DNA of 51,866 bases from Pseudohongiellaceae bacterium (GCA_044338875.1 JBIIWM010000001.1:1-51866), one strand, 5' to 3'. Numbered from the stretch's first letter, positions 30,374-41,351 are shown. Program-made: numbers and translations. Notes: generated from the letters alone by a model not told the origin.

Positions 30374-31885
30374 ATGAAATTATCGCTTCAACTTAAACTG
30401 GGTCAGCAACTCACCATGACGCCCCAGTTGCAACAAGCTATCAAGCTGTTGCAACTCTCCACACTGGATTTGCAACAGGAAATCCAGGAAGCGCTCGATT
30501 CAAATCCCATGCTCGAACTCGAAGAAGATTTCGAACCCAGTGCGCCCACCGAAACCAGCAGCCAGAGCCAGGATCCAGGCAATAACGCCGACAGCGAAGC
30601 CGGCAGCAGCGACATGCAGGATGACTACCAGGAAGCCCCCGACTTCAATGCGGAAGAAAGCTGGAACGACAATGACATCCCCGAAGATCTTTCGGTCGAC
30701 AGCTCCTGGGATGACATCTACTCCAGTTCGGTTTCTTCGGGTTCATCCAGCTCGGACAGTGACGATTACGACGGTGATTTCGAATCTCGGAACGCGGTGG
30801 GCGAAACCCTGCAGAATCATCTTTACTGGCAGCTGAATCTCACGCCAATGTCGGACAAGGACAGGATCATTGCCATGTCCCTGATTGATGCAATCGACCC
30901 CAATGGCCAATTGACCAGCACCGTCAGCTCCATTCATGCCAGCTTGATGCTTGAACTGGATATCGACGAAGAAGAAGTAGTGGCGGTTCTGCACCGCATA
31001 CAGCAGTTTGATCCGGTAGGCGTAGGCTATCGCGACCTGAAGGAATGTTTGTCCGTCCAGTTGAAGCAACTGGATCCGGAATTTCCGGGCGTACAAATAG
31101 CCTTCAGGATCATCGAGGATTTTCTGCCACAGCTGGCAAGCCATGACTACAACCAGATCATGCGTAAATTGCGCATCCGCGAACCGGAACTGAAAACCTC
31201 CGTCGACATCATCTTGACGCTCAATCCGCGTCCCGGCTCCGAGATCACTCCGGCTGAAACAAACTACGTAATCCCCGATGTGCTGGTGTCAAAACAAAAC
31301 GGGCGCTGGAAAGTTGAGCTGAACCCTGAAACGGCTCCGCGCATCCGCGTAAACCCCGAGTATGCAGCCCTTGCCAGCCGCGGTCGCGAAGCTGACAACA
31401 CCTTCCTGCGCGACAGCCTGCAGGAAGCACGCTGGTTTATCAAAAGCCTGCAAAGCCGCAATGAAACCCTGCTTAAAGTTGCCGGCAAGATTGTCGAGCA
31501 CCAGAAGAATTTTCTGGATTACGGCGACGAAGCCATGAAACCCCTGGTCTTGCACGACATCGCCGAAGCGGTGAGCATGCATGAGTCCACCATATCGCGT
31601 GTCACCACCCAGAAATACATGCATACCCCTCGCGGCATTTATGAATTGAAATATTTCTTTTCCAGCCATGTTGACACTGATGGCGGAGGCGAGTGTTCGT
31701 CCACGGCAATTCGCGCCATCATCAAGAAACTGGTGGCGGCGGAAAATCCCAAAAAACCATTAAGTGACAGTAAAATTGCCGATGTCCTGGCAGACCAGGG
31801 CATCCGGGTAGCCCGGCGTACCATCGCGAAATACCGCGAATCCATGTCCATCGCCCCTTCCAATGAAAGGAAGCAACTGGTCTGA
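30374..31885 (+). CDS. rpoN: RNA polymerase sigma-54 factor
   Basis: 503 aa with N-terminal Gln/Leu-rich region I ([21 protein letters not shown]), an acidic region II and the RpoN box ([10 protein letters not shown]). Confidence 0.96.
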   Translation: MKLSLQLKLGQQLTMTPQLQQAIKLLQLSTLDLQQEIQEALDSNPMLELEEDFEPSAPTETSSQSQDPGNNADSEAGSSDMQDDYQEAPDFNAEESWNDNDIPEDLSVDSSWDDIYSSSVSSGSSSSDSDDYDGDFESRNAVGETLQNHLYWQLNLTPMSDKDRIIAMSLIDAIDPNGQLTSTVSSIHASLMLELDIDEEEVVAVLHRIQQFDPVGVGYRDLKECLSVQLKQLDPEFPGVQIAFRIIEDFLPQLASHDYNQIMRKLRIREPELKTSVDIILTLNPRPGSEITPAETNYVIPDVLVSKQNGRWKVELNPETAPRIRVNPEYAALASRGREADNTFLRDSLQEARWFIKSLQSRNETLLKVAGKIVEHQKNFLDYGDEAMKPLVLHDIAEAVSMHESTISRVTTQKYMHTPRGIYELKYFFSSHVDTDGGGECSSTAIRAIIKKLVAAENPKKPLSDSKIADVLADQGIRVARRTIAKYRESMSIAPSNERKQLV

Positions 31886-31916
31886 CGCGCCACCTTTTTG
31901 CTCCGGGAACTCTACT

Positions 31917-32369
31917 ATGAAACTTGCTGAATTACTGACTCCACAACTGACGTTTTGCAACGTGCACGGAGCGAGTAAGAAGAGATTGCTGGAAAAAAGC
32001 TCCGAGCTGATCTCCGGAGTGATTGAGCAAGTCAATGCAGGTCAAATATTTGAGGCACTGACAGCGCGGGAACAATTGGGCAGTACCGGAATAGGCAATG
32101 GCATTGCAATTCCCCACTGCCGGATTCCTCGTCTGCAAAACACCGCTGGCTGCCTGATCAAGCTTCAACAGCCGGTTGATTTCGACGCCATCGACAACCA
32201 GCCGGTGGATTTGTTGTTCTTCCTGCTGGTGCCGGAAAACACCCTGAAAGGGCATCTCGAAGCGTTGAAGCTCATTGCCGAGAATTTCAGCAACGCCGAC
32301 TACTGCAATCGTTTGCGTGCAGCCAGCTCGGATGCGGATCTGTACGCTGCTGCCCTGGGAACTCCATAG
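31917..32369 (+). CDS. ptsN: Nitrogen-PTS EIIA-Ntr (PtsN)
   Basis: 150 aa from the ATG for MKLAELL. The phosphorylation-site context is GIGNGIAIPHCR. The ORF-track start (31863) overlaps rpoN and is unlikely. Confidence 0.9.
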   Translation: MKLAELLTPQLTFCNVHGASKKRLLEKSSELISGVIEQVNAGQIFEALTAREQLGSTGIGNGIAIPHCRIPRLQNTAGCLIKLQQPVDFDAIDNQPVDLLFFLLVPENTLKGHLEALKLIAENFSNADYCNRLRAASSDADLYAAALGTP

Positions 32370-32377
32370 AGCCCACC

Positions 32378-33232
32378 ATGAAACTCATCATCGTCAGCGG
32401 TCGTTCCGGCTCAGGCAAAACCACTTGCCTGCATGTACTTGAAGATCTGGGGTACTACTGTGTAGACAATATCCCGGCAAGCCTGTTGGCTGCCCTTGCC
32501 GAACGCCTCAGTGCCGATGACCTGAAACTTGACCATGTGGCCGTCAGTATTGATGCCCGCAATATTTATGAAGATCTGAAGAAGTTTCCGGACATATTTC
32601 GTTCACTGGAAGCCAAGTCCCTTGATGGCCAGATCATCTTCCTGGATGCCGATGACAATACCCTGTTAAAGCGATTCAGCGAGACCAGGCGCAAGCACCC
32701 CTTGTCCGATGACCAGCTTGGCCTGATGGAAGCCATCGCCTATGAAAAGGAATTGCTGGAACCGATCGCCACCCTGGCCGATCTGACGCTTGATACCAGC
32801 ACACTTTCGCTGCACCAGTTGCGCGACATCATAAAGAACCGGGTAGCCTTGAACGACAACAACGGCCTGGCCCTGCAGTTTCAGTCCTTTGGCTTCAAGA
32901 ATGGCGTGCCGGTGGATGCCGATATAGTTTTTGATGCCCGCTGCCTGCCCAACCCCTATTGGGTGGAATCACTGCGTGCCCTGAGCGGGCTCGATCTTGA
33001 GGTCGCGGCCTTTCTTGAACAGCAAAAGGAAGTGGCGGAAATGCTTGGCGATATCCAGGTCTTCCTCGAGAAATGGCTGCCGAGGTACCAAGCCAATAAT
33101 CGCAGTTATATTACCGTGGCCATTGGCTGCACCGGGGGACAGCATCGCTCCGTGTATTTATGTGAGAAACTGGGTAAGCATTTCGCGAGCAAGGGGTATA
33201 ATGCCCAAGTTAGACACAAGGAGCTGGCCTGA
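32378..33232 (+). CDS. rapZ: RNase adapter protein RapZ (YhbJ)
   Basis: 284 aa with P-loop GRSGSGKT and a C-terminal GCTGGQHRSV motif. Confidence 0.93.
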   Translation: MKLIIVSGRSGSGKTTCLHVLEDLGYYCVDNIPASLLAALAERLSADDLKLDHVAVSIDARNIYEDLKKFPDIFRSLEAKSLDGQIIFLDADDNTLLKRFSETRRKHPLSDDQLGLMEAIAYEKELLEPIATLADLTLDTSTLSLHQLRDIIKNRVALNDNNGLALQFQSFGFKNGVPVDADIVFDARCLPNPYWVESLRALSGLDLEVAAFLEQQKEVAEMLGDIQVFLEKWLPRYQANNRSYITVAIGCTGGQHRSVYLCEKLGKHFASKGYNAQVRHKELA

Positions 33233-33253
33233 TCCAGGTATCGGCATCACGAC

Positions 33254-33520
33254 ATGATCAATACCGTCATTATTGTACCAAACCGCGCCGGGCTGCATGC
33301 GAGAGCTGCTGCCAAGCTTGTGGCTACTGCATCCGCCTTTCGCAGCCGGATCGAACTGGCAAATGAAGAAAAAAGCGTCGATGGCAAAAGCATCCTTTCA
33401 CTGATGCTGCTTGCAGCCCCCCAAGGCAGCGAACTCAGGCTTACCCTCGAAGGTGATGATGAACAGGATGCCTTGCAGGCTATCCTGGCGCTGATCGAAC
33501 AGCGTTTCGGGGAAGACTGA
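33254..33520 (+). CDS. npr: HPr-like phosphocarrier NPr (PtsO)
   Basis: 88 aa; NRAGLHARAAAKLV has the active-site His. It follows rapZ. Confidence 0.9.
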   Translation: MINTVIIVPNRAGLHARAAAKLVATASAFRSRIELANEEKSVDGKSILSLMLLAAPQGSELRLTLEGDDEQDALQAILALIEQRFGED

Positions 33521-33629
33521 TCCAAGCCCGGGGTGAGCCCACTCTCCCGCCCTTCCCGAAAGACAATCTGTCCCCCCTGCTTCTTGCCGGGCTTGTTATA
33601 ATGCCCGAAATTTCCTGGAGCCGCGTGTT

Positions 33630-34994
33630 GTGAACGAAGCTGTATTACAGGACAAGACTCAGCTTACCCAGGAAAGACTGAGGGCACTGACGGATGCTCT
33701 CGACAGTGGCGCCTTTGTCCAGGTGCGCCGCATGCTCAATCACTTGCCCGCCCCTACCATCGCCCACCTGTTGGAATCCTCTCCAGCCCGTACACGAGAC
33801 GTACTGTGGAAGCTGGTGGAGAAGGACAACGAAGGCGAGGTTCTGAACTACCTCAATGACAGCATCCAGTCGGACATCCTGAACAAGCTCAGCCCCGAAG
33901 AAGTGGCGAGCATTACCGAAGGACTCGATACCGACGACATTGCCGACATCCTGCAGAACCTGCCGGAGAAGGTAATCCATGAAGTCCTGCAAGCCATGGA
34001 CGAACAAGACCGCAAGCGCCTGGAGTCGGTGCTCTCCTATCCAGAAGACACTGCAGGCGGCCTGCTTAACACCGATACAATTACCGTCCGTCGCAACCAT
34101 ACGCTTGATGTAGTTTTACGCTACCTGCGCCGCCACGACGAAATCCCGGAAATGACAGACAACATTCTGGTGGTCGATCGTAATGACATCCTGACCGGCA
34201 TCCTGCCGCTGCGCAAACTGCTGGTGTCCGATCCGGATCTCACGGTGGCGGATGTGATGATCACCGATTTTGAAGCCATTCCGGTAACCATGGACCAGGC
34301 TGAAGTGGCACAGATGTTCGAACGCATGGACTGGATCTCTGCACCAGTGGTGGACCAGAGCGGCAAACTGCTGGGTCGTATCACCATCGACGACATCGTG
34401 GATGTGATCAGGGAAGAATCCGAGCATTCGGTCAACAGGCTGGTCGGCTTGAGCGATGCAGAAGACACCTTTGCCCCTGTCATTAAAACCATGCAGCGCC
34501 GCGTGGTCTGGCTGGGTCTCAATCTCGCGATGGCCTTCATCGCATCCATGGTTATCAACCAGTTTTCCGTCACCATTGGCAAGGTCGTAGCGCTTGCTGT
34601 CCTGATGACCATCGTCGCCAACATGGGCGGCGTTGCCGGCAATCAGACGCTGACGCTCGTGGTACGCAGCATGGCGCTGGGACAAATCGGCAAAACCAAC
34701 TCGTTATGGCTGATCTCCAGGGAAATATCAGTGGGCGTATTGAATGGCTTGCTGCTGGCACTGGTTGCAGGCTTCCTGGCCTACGCCTGGTTCGATGACC
34801 CCACGCTGGGCGTGATCTTCGCCGGCGCGATGATCATCAACCTGATCACGGCCGCAGTATCCGGTGCGGCCCTGCCACTCATCTTGAAATCAATGAAGAT
34901 TGATCCAGCCCTGGCTGGCAGCATGGTGCTGACGACCATTACAGATATTGTAGGCTTTCTGTCCTTTCTCGGGCTGGCCACACTTTTTTACTGA
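33630..34994 (+). CDS. mgtE: Magnesium transporter MgtE
   Basis: 454 aa with an N-domain, tandem CBS domains and 5 TM helices. GTG start. Confidence 0.93.
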   Translation: MNEAVLQDKTQLTQERLRALTDALDSGAFVQVRRMLNHLPAPTIAHLLESSPARTRDVLWKLVEKDNEGEVLNYLNDSIQSDILNKLSPEEVASITEGLDTDDIADILQNLPEKVIHEVLQAMDEQDRKRLESVLSYPEDTAGGLLNTDTITVRRNHTLDVVLRYLRRHDEIPEMTDNILVVDRNDILTGILPLRKLLVSDPDLTVADVMITDFEAIPVTMDQAEVAQMFERMDWISAPVVDQSGKLLGRITIDDIVDVIREESEHSVNRLVGLSDAEDTFAPVIKTMQRRVVWLGLNLAMAFIASMVINQFSVTIGKVVALAVLMTIVANMGGVAGNQTLTLVVRSMALGQIGKTNSLWLISREISVGVLNGLLLALVAGFLAYAWFDDPTLGVIFAGAMIINLITAAVSGAALPLILKSMKIDPALAGSMVLTTITDIVGFLSFLGLATLFY

Positions 34995-35037
34995 AACAGT
35001 TTTTACTGAAAGCTGTTACTGACAAGAGCACAGAATC

Positions 35038-35556
35038 ATGTCTACCAAAGACGACTTACCGAATGAATATGACGGCCCCAGCAGGAGCCAGCTGAAACGC
35101 GACAGCGAAGCGCTGCAGAAACTGGGCCGGCAGCTTGCTGAAGCGCGCAATGACATCCTGGCGAAATGCGATCTGCCGGATACCTTGCGGGCAGCCCTTG
35201 ATGAATACCGGAAACTTACCGCAAACGGCGCGCTGCGCAGGCAATTGCAGTACATCGGTCGCTTGATGCGCGACCTGTCAGAGGCAAATGTCGAGCAGAT
35301 CAAGGCGCAGTTTCACAGCAACGTCGAGCTGGAGAAAAAACAATTTCACCAACTTGAGCAATTGCGAGACCGTCTGGTGGCCGGTGACAAGGACGCGCTG
35401 GCCGAAGTCATCGCCACCTACCCCGACGCCGACATTCAGCAACTGCGTCAATTGATCCGGCAGGCTGGGAAGGAACACGAACAGGGCGCCAGTCCTGCCG
35501 GTTCCCGCAAGCTGTTCAAACTGCTGCGGGAACTACAGGAACAATCTCCCCCCTGA
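35038..35556 (+). CDS. yjgA: Ribosome-associated protein YjgA/DarP (DUF615)
   Basis: 172 aa; PSRSQLKRDSEALQKLG...RRQLQYIGRLMR is the typical YjgA signature. Confidence 0.85.
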   Translation: MSTKDDLPNEYDGPSRSQLKRDSEALQKLGRQLAEARNDILAKCDLPDTLRAALDEYRKLTANGALRRQLQYIGRLMRDLSEANVEQIKAQFHSNVELEKKQFHQLEQLRDRLVAGDKDALAEVIATYPDADIQQLRQLIRQAGKEHEQGASPAGSRKLFKLLRELQEQSPP

Positions 35557-35574
35557 GCCACGCCAGACTCGGGC

Positions 35575-36420
35575 TCAGTCGTCACTCACGCTGATTTTGG
35601 GACCAGTAGCCTTGCTGCCAGCAGTCTCCAGTTTTGCCCTGACGCGCTGCGCAATGTGCGCATAGATCCCGGCAATGGCACCATTGGGTTCAGCCGATAC
35701 CGCCGGCGTTCCAGCATCGCATTGCGCGCGAATCCTGCCATCAAGTGGCAGTGAGCCCAATACTTCCACGTCATAGGCGTGAGCGATACGATCGGCTCCG
35801 CCTTCACCAAAAATGTGTTCGCTGTGCCCACATTTGCTGCAGATATGCAGCCCCATGTTCTCCACCACGCCCAGAATCGGCACCTGCACCTTGCGGAACA
35901 TCTCGATGCCGCGTTTCGCATCCAGCAAGGCTACATCCTGCGGGGTGGTGACGATGACAGCACCGGTCACCGGTACCGACTGCGCCAGGCTGAGCTGAAT
36001 GTCGCCGGTACCCGGGGGCATGTCGATCACCAGATAATCCAGCTCGCCCCACAAGGTATCGTTGAGGATCTGGTTGAATGCGCCGACGACCATCGGTCCA
36101 CGCCAGACCATGGCCTGGTTTTCATCGACCAGGAACCCTACCGAGTTGACCTTGATGCCGTGGGCCGTGATCGGATCCATTTGGTTGTTATTGATGATCT
36201 GGGGACGCCTGCCAGTGACTCCGAGCATCATGGGCTGACTGGGACCATAGATATCCGCATCGAACAACCCAACCTTGCAACCCTGGCGTTGCAGGGCCAG
36301 CGCCAGGTTGACTGCGGTAGTGGATTTGCCCACGCCGCCCTTGCCTGACGCCACCACGACGATATGCCGGATTTTGCTGAGGTTGGGGCTGACATTGCGC
36401 TGTACTGTTGTGGCACTCAT
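35575..36420 (-). CDS. apbC: Fe-S cluster carrier ATPase ApbC/Mrp (short form without N-terminal DUF59)
   Basis: 281 aa with a deviant Walker A (SGKGGVGKST) and a CSKCGH CxxC motif. Confidence 0.9.
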   Translation of the reverse strand: MSATTVQRNVSPNLSKIRHIVVVASGKGGVGKSTTAVNLALALQRQGCKVGLFDADIYGPSQPMMLGVTGRRPQIINNNQMDPITAHGIKVNSVGFLVDENQAMVWRGPMVVGAFNQILNDTLWGELDYLVIDMPPGTGDIQLSLAQSVPVTGAVIVTTPQDVALLDAKRGIEMFRKVQVPILGVVENMGLHICSKCGHSEHIFGEGGADRIAHAYDVEVLGSLPLDGRIRAQCDAGTPAVSAEPNGAIAGIYAHIAQRVRAKLETAGSKATGPKISVSDD

Positions 36421-36469
36421 CGACTACTGCTCCGATAGACATAAAAAATTTGGGGTTATGGCAAACAGC

Positions 36470-36494
36470 AAAAAGGGGGCCGCAGCCCCCTTTT
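36470..36494 (-). terminator. Rho-independent terminator after hppA
   Basis: GGGGGC-CGCA-GCCCCC hairpin flanked by A5 and T4 runs. On the minus strand the stem is followed by U5. Confidence 0.7.
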
Positions 36495-36557
36495 CATCAT
36501 TTACATCATCTTCTGGCATTCTTGCTGCACGGAATCATCACCCCATACAGATTGCAA

Positions 36558-38711
36558 TCACACCAGGATGCCACCGTAATTCACGAAGAACGGTGCAAAA
36601 ACCAGACTGAGAATCGCTGACAACTTGATCAGGATATTCAGGGAGGGGCCTGACGTATCCTTCAAGGGATCACCGACGGTATCACCGACTACAGCGGCCT
36701 TGTGGCAATCAGAGCCCTTGCCGCCGTGGTTGCCTTTCTCGATATATTTCTTCGCGTTGTCCCAGGCACCGCCGCTGTTGGATGACGAGATCGCCAGCAC
36801 ACCACCGGTGACCAGGGAGCCAGCCAGCATACCCACCACTGCAGGAACACCGAACAGGAAACCCACCACGAGCGGCGTGCCCATGATCAACACGCCAGGA
36901 GCGATCATTTCGCGCAATGCTGCCTTGGTCGAGATGGCCACACATTGGCCATACTGCGGACGCCCCTGACCTTCCATGATCCCTGGAATTTCGCGGAACT
37001 GGCGACGCACTTCTTCAATCATGTCGAACGCAGCAGAACCCACACTCTTCATCGTCATTGCCGAGAACAGGAAGGGCAGCACCGCGCCGATGAACAAGCT
37101 GGTGTAGACCAGTGGGTCGAGCAGCGTGATCGAGTTGACCAGGTTATAACCTGCCCCAAATTTCTCCGGCATTTCACTCATCAGATTCTGGGAGTGGGTG
37201 ATAAAGGCCCCGAACAGTGCGAGTGACGTCAGGATGGCAGCGCCGATCGCAAAGCCCTTGCCGATGGCAGCAGTAGTGTTGCCGGCCGCATCGAGCACGT
37301 CAGTACGACGACGGATTTCCTTGTCCATGCCGGTCATCTCGGCGATGCCACCGGCATTGTCGGATACCGGACCATAGGCATCAATTGTCAACGCAATGAC
37401 CAGCGTGCCGAGCATGCCGAGTGACGCGATAGCGATTCCGTACATGCCAGCCAGGATCCAGGAAGTATAAATACTGACGGCAATGGCAAGGTATGGCAGT
37501 ACAGTACTCTTGTAGCCCAGAGCCAGACCAAAAATGATGTTGGTGGCAGCACCGGTTTCACAGGATTTGGCAATTTCACGCACAGGGCTGTACTCGGTTG
37601 ACGTGTAATACTCGGTCAACAAGCCCACCGCGAGACCGGCAATCAGGCCGGAGAGGAAACAGAAATACACGCCTGTTGCGCTATAGGTAACGCTTGAGCC
37701 GATAACGATGCTGAAAGATTCCGGAATCATCCACATGGTCACGAAATACATTACGACGGCCATGATTGCACTTGAAATCAGCAGCAAGCGCTTCAGTGCC
37801 GGGCCCACCTGCTCTTCAGTTTTGACAGAAACCAGCATTTTGGTGACCAGACTTACCGGGATACCTACTGCGGTAATCATGATCGGGTAGAGCATCGCAT
37901 TGATGTCTGCCGAGAATGCCAGCGCACTAATCACGAGTGCCGCACAGGTGCTCTCGGCGCACGAGCCAAACAAGTCGGCACCCATGCCGGCTACGTCGCC
38001 CACGTTGTCACCGACGTTATCGGCGATCACGGCAGGATTGCGCGGATCATCTTCGGGAATGCCTTTTTCAACTTTACCGACCAGGTCTGCACCTACGTCT
38101 GCCGCCTTGGTGAAAATACCGCCACCGACGCGGGCAAACAGTGCAATGGAGGAACCACCAAGACCGAAGCCTGCGATTACTTCCATGATTACGTTGGGGG
38201 GCACACTCGACAGCACTGAGCTCATGAACAGATAAATCGAGATCAGGCCAAGTGCAGCCAGGCCTACAAGTGCAAAGCCCATCACAGCACCGGAATTGAG
38301 CGCGACGTCGAACGCAGCCGCCAGACTGTTGCGTGCGGCAACAGTAGTGCGGGCATTGCCCGCGGTGGCGATTTTCATGCCGATAAAGCCCGAGAGGGTG
38401 GAGATCAGCGCGCCAAACAGAAACGCTGCAGCAGTCCACAAGCCTTCGTTGGCAGAGTCGGTTTCGTGGTTGTCAGTCAGGAGTGCAATAACAACGGCAA
38501 AAGCGACCATGAAATAGGCCAGCACCTTGTATTCTTGTTTCAGGAAAGCCATGGCACCTTCAGCAATGGCACCATGAATGAACTTGAGTTTGTCGCTCTC
38601 CTCCTTGTTCAGGCCGAGGTCCAGCGGAATGCTGACGACCTTTTTCATGTAGTAGAAAGCAACGCCAAGCCCGAACAGGGACAGGACAATGATCAGTAGT
38701 GTCGAACTCAT
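36558..38711 (-). CDS. hppA: Membrane-integral ion-translocating pyrophosphatase (K+-dependent type by the GNTTAA motif)
   Basis: 717 aa multi-TM protein; DNVGDNVGD and [14 protein letters not shown]. Ala rather than Lys after GNTT is the K+-dependent signature, as far as I recall. Confidence 0.95.
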   Translation of the reverse strand: MSSTLLIIVLSLFGLGVAFYYMKKVVSIPLDLGLNKEESDKLKFIHGAIAEGAMAFLKQEYKVLAYFMVAFAVVIALLTDNHETDSANEGLWTAAAFLFGALISTLSGFIGMKIATAGNARTTVAARNSLAAAFDVALNSGAVMGFALVGLAALGLISIYLFMSSVLSSVPPNVIMEVIAGFGLGGSSIALFARVGGGIFTKAADVGADLVGKVEKGIPEDDPRNPAVIADNVGDNVGDVAGMGADLFGSCAESTCAALVISALAFSADINAMLYPIMITAVGIPVSLVTKMLVSVKTEEQVGPALKRLLLISSAIMAVVMYFVTMWMIPESFSIVIGSSVTYSATGVYFCFLSGLIAGLAVGLLTEYYTSTEYSPVREIAKSCETGAATNIIFGLALGYKSTVLPYLAIAVSIYTSWILAGMYGIAIASLGMLGTLVIALTIDAYGPVSDNAGGIAEMTGMDKEIRRRTDVLDAAGNTTAAIGKGFAIGAAILTSLALFGAFITHSQNLMSEMPEKFGAGYNLVNSITLLDPLVYTSLFIGAVLPFLFSAMTMKSVGSAAFDMIEEVRRQFREIPGIMEGQGRPQYGQCVAISTKAALREMIAPGVLIMGTPLVVGFLFGVPAVVGMLAGSLVTGGVLAISSSNSGGAWDNAKKYIEKGNHGGKGSDCHKAAVVGDTVGDPLKDTSGPSLNILIKLSAILSLVFAPFFVNYGGILV

Positions 38712-38940
38712 GCAGCTAAACTCCCCTAACGATATTGTTTTACTGAATTATGGTTATAAAAACGCGCTGAACTCTACCATAAGGTTACTGACAAACAAAC
38801 AAATCGAGGAACTCGCACAGGACAGGGTACAGCCGGGAGAAAACCTTTAGAAATTGCGGGCAGGCCCAGCCTGGCGGGAGGTGCGCCAAGCCCTGATGGA
38901 TCAAGGGCCCGACGGGCAGGTATAAGGGTAGTACTTCCGC

Positions 38941-39558
38941 TCAGGGGGATTTTTTTGCTGCCAGCTCTGCAGCTTGCGCACGCAAGCGCTCCACTTCCGC
39001 ACTCAAGGTCTCGATACTGGTCTTGGAAAGCTCTTCCGAGGTCTGTCCGGTAGCCGGATTGGAATTGGTGTATTTTTCCTGCTCGCTGGCCAATACCTGG
39101 GTAAGCTCTTCGGCAGCGACCACGGCTTCGCGCAATGCAGCGTTGGCTTTTTCTATATTGGCGGTTTCCGCCTTGTTGGCAGCAACCTGCGCGCGCAGTT
39201 CAGCTATTCGCGCTTGTTGCCTGGCAACCGCTTGTTCACGCTCGCTGACACTGGGCTGGGATCTTTCGGCTGCTGCAGAGCGGGCGCTCTGCGCCTCGTC
39301 TTCTGCCCTTGCCCTGGCTTCAGCAACCAGACGCTCGGTGGCTTCACGCTCTGCAGCTTCGCGCGCACGCTGCTCAGCCATCTGCTGCTCCAGACGCAGG
39401 CGTTCAGCCTCCTGGTCTGCCTGTTGCTGCATACGTTCGGCTTCAACTTGCGCTTGTGCAGCCTGCTGCGCGGCAATTTCTTCTTTCGATGGACCAGTGG
39501 CACAGGCGGTCAGGGTAAACAGCAGCATTGCTGTCAACAGAGTAAGAGTTGGCTTCAT
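38941..39558 (-). CDS. Ala/Glu/Gln/Arg-rich coiled-coil lipoprotein, function unknown
   Basis: 205 aa with a signal peptide and lipobox (LFTLTAC). The rest is low-complexity, predicted coiled coil. Codon phase is consistent, but the repeat-like composition also opens antisense frames. Confidence 0.65.
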   Translation of the reverse strand: MKPTLTLLTAMLLFTLTACATGPSKEEIAAQQAAQAQVEAERMQQQADQEAERLRLEQQMAEQRAREAAEREATERLVAEARARAEDEAQSARSAAAERSQPSVSEREQAVARQQARIAELRAQVAANKAETANIEKANAALREAVVAAEELTQVLASEQEKYTNSNPATGQTSEELSKTSIETLSAEVERLRAQAAELAAKKSP

Positions 39559-39748
39559 GAGCAGTTCCTCGAGCGTTCACCACTGATTTGTGCGCGCATG
39601 GTAACGCAAGTAGCCATCCTTGGAACAGAATTTTCCAGCCAAATCAGGTAGTCACAATGCAAACATCATATTGGCTCGACAGCAGGACGGTGGAGCCTGC
39701 TCTTGGATGGGAGTATCATCTTCACTCTTTTTTGGGCAGAGATCTGAC

Positions 39749-40978
39749 ATGAGCAAGAAGAACTTTACCTCCGAAGCCCTGCATAGTGATCGTCAGGGCA
39801 ACCCTGAGCACGGCGTACTGCACAAAGCCATCCACCCATCCGTTGCGTTCGGCTATGCCGATTCCAGGGAGCTGGCCGCCATTTTCCAGGGCAAGAAGAG
39901 CGGCTACGCCTATGGCCGCCAGAGCAATCCAACCGTAGAAGCTCTAGCCAAAAAAATCACCAACATGGAAGACGGGTTGGCGACGGTTTGCTTTGCCACC
40001 GGCATGGCCGCCATTGGCTCCACCTTCCTGTCGCTGTTGCGCCAGGGCGATCACATTGTTTCCAGTGCATATCTGTTCGGCAATACCAACAGCCTGTTTT
40101 CAACGCTGCAAGCTTTTGGTGTTGCAGTAACTTTCGTGGATGCAACTTCTGCTGCCGCCGTGGAAGCCGCAATCCAGCCCAACACCCGCATGGTGTTCAC
40201 GGAAACCGTTGCCAACCCGGTTACCCAAGTGGCAGATCTTGAGGGAATCGGCCAGCTGTGCCACGCGCGCGGCCTCGTATATTGCGTCGACAACACCATG
40301 ACTTCGCCGTGGCTCTTCAAACCCAAAGCGGTCGGTGCCAGCCTCGTGATCAACGCACTCACCAAATACATTGGCGGTCATGGCAATGCGCTCGGCGGTT
40401 GTGTCACGGATACCGGACTGTTTGACTGGACAACCTATCCCCATATTTACGAGAACTACAAAATTGCCGACACCTCCATGTGGGGCATCCAGCAAATTCG
40501 CAAGAAAGGACTGCGGGATTTCGGTGCCGCCATGTCCCCTGACTCCGCCCATCATCTTTCTGTGGGATCGGACACACTGGCGCTGCGGATGGACAAGGCC
40601 TGCGCCAACGCACTGGCTGTCGCGGAATTCTGCGCCCTGCATCCCAAGGTTGCACATGTGTTTTACCCTGGCCTCAAGCAGCATCCGCAGCACGATCGGG
40701 CACGTGCGCTGTTCCGCAATTTTGGCTCCATCATGAGCATTGATCTGGTGGATGGCGCCGATTGCTTCGACGTCCTGAACAAGCTGGAGCTGGTCATTTG
40801 CTCGAGCAATCTGGGCGACACCCGCACTCTCGCGATTCCAGTGGCACACACCATTTACTGGGAGATGGGCGCGGAAAGACGTGCTTCGATGGGAGTAGCG
40901 GATTCAATGATACGGTTCTCGATCGGTATCGAGGACACCCAGGATCTGCTGGCCGATTTCGCCCAGGCCCTGGGCTGA
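39749..40978 (+). CDS. Cys/Met-metabolism PLP-dependent enzyme, O-acetylhomoserine sulfhydrylase (MetY)-like
   Basis: 409 aa from the ATG for MSKKNF. YGRQSNPT, the PLP-lysine context ALTKYIGGHG, and a MetY-type insertion (GLFDWTTYP...). The ORF-track start is 43 codons further upstream, and those codons show no homology. Confidence 0.88.
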   Translation: MSKKNFTSEALHSDRQGNPEHGVLHKAIHPSVAFGYADSRELAAIFQGKKSGYAYGRQSNPTVEALAKKITNMEDGLATVCFATGMAAIGSTFLSLLRQGDHIVSSAYLFGNTNSLFSTLQAFGVAVTFVDATSAAAVEAAIQPNTRMVFTETVANPVTQVADLEGIGQLCHARGLVYCVDNTMTSPWLFKPKAVGASLVINALTKYIGGHGNALGGCVTDTGLFDWTTYPHIYENYKIADTSMWGIQQIRKKGLRDFGAAMSPDSAHHLSVGSDTLALRMDKACANALAVAEFCALHPKVAHVFYPGLKQHPQHDRARALFRNFGSIMSIDLVDGADCFDVLNKLELVICSSNLGDTRTLAIPVAHTIYWEMGAERRASMGVADSMIRFSIGIEDTQDLLADFAQALG

Positions 40979-40994
40979 AGCGGAAGCGGGTTCC

Positions 40995-41351
40995 ATGCAG
41001 CTATGCAAACTTGATGACATCCCCGTTGGCTCCGCTCGCGGGTTTGTCATTGGTGCCCGCAGTATCCTGGTCGCACGCCTGTCCCAACTTGAAGTTGCCG
41101 CTTACCTGAATCGCTGCCCGCATTTGGCCGTACCGCTCAACTGGCAACCAGATGATTTCATGGACAGTGAAGCGGTTTTCATCCGCTGCGCCACGCATGG
41201 CGCACTGTTTGAACCACAGACCGGCCTGTGCATTCAAGGACCCTGCCGTGGGGAGAGCCTGTGGCAACTCTCGTGTTCCATTGCGGATAACTCAATCCAT
41301 CTTGACGAGTCCGAACTACCCTCCCCCAGCCCCTGCGCGCAGCCCATTTAG
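40995..41351 (+). CDS. Small Rieske [2Fe-2S] domain protein
   Basis: 118 aa with CPH (NRCPHLAVPL) and CxxH (RCATHGALF) ligand motifs. Confidence 0.8.
   Translation: MQLCKLDDIPVGSARGFVIGARSILVARLSQLEVAAYLNRCPHLAVPLNWQPDDFMDSEAVFIRCATHGALFEPQTGLCIQGPCRGESLWQLSCSIADNSIHLDESELPSPSPCAQPI

Noticed and set aside
30300-30377. 25-codon upstream ORF whose TGA overlaps the rpoN ATG (ATGA). A similar 27-codon ORF at 46837-46920 overlaps the cbrB ATG.
   Set aside because: Neither has a Shine-Dalgarno sequence. Both are short enough to arise by chance, and ATGA overlaps are frequent. They are worth a look only if Ribo-seq data exist. The unusually long spacers (187 bp for lptB-rpoN, 227 bp for cbrA-cbrB) probably hold internal promoters.
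33521-33629. Possible Mg2+ (M-box) riboswitch or other leader upstream of mgtE.
   Set aside because: Only about 30 nt lie between the TATAAT-like box (33597-33602) and the start codon. That is far too short for an M-box, and no conserved M-box elements were recognised.
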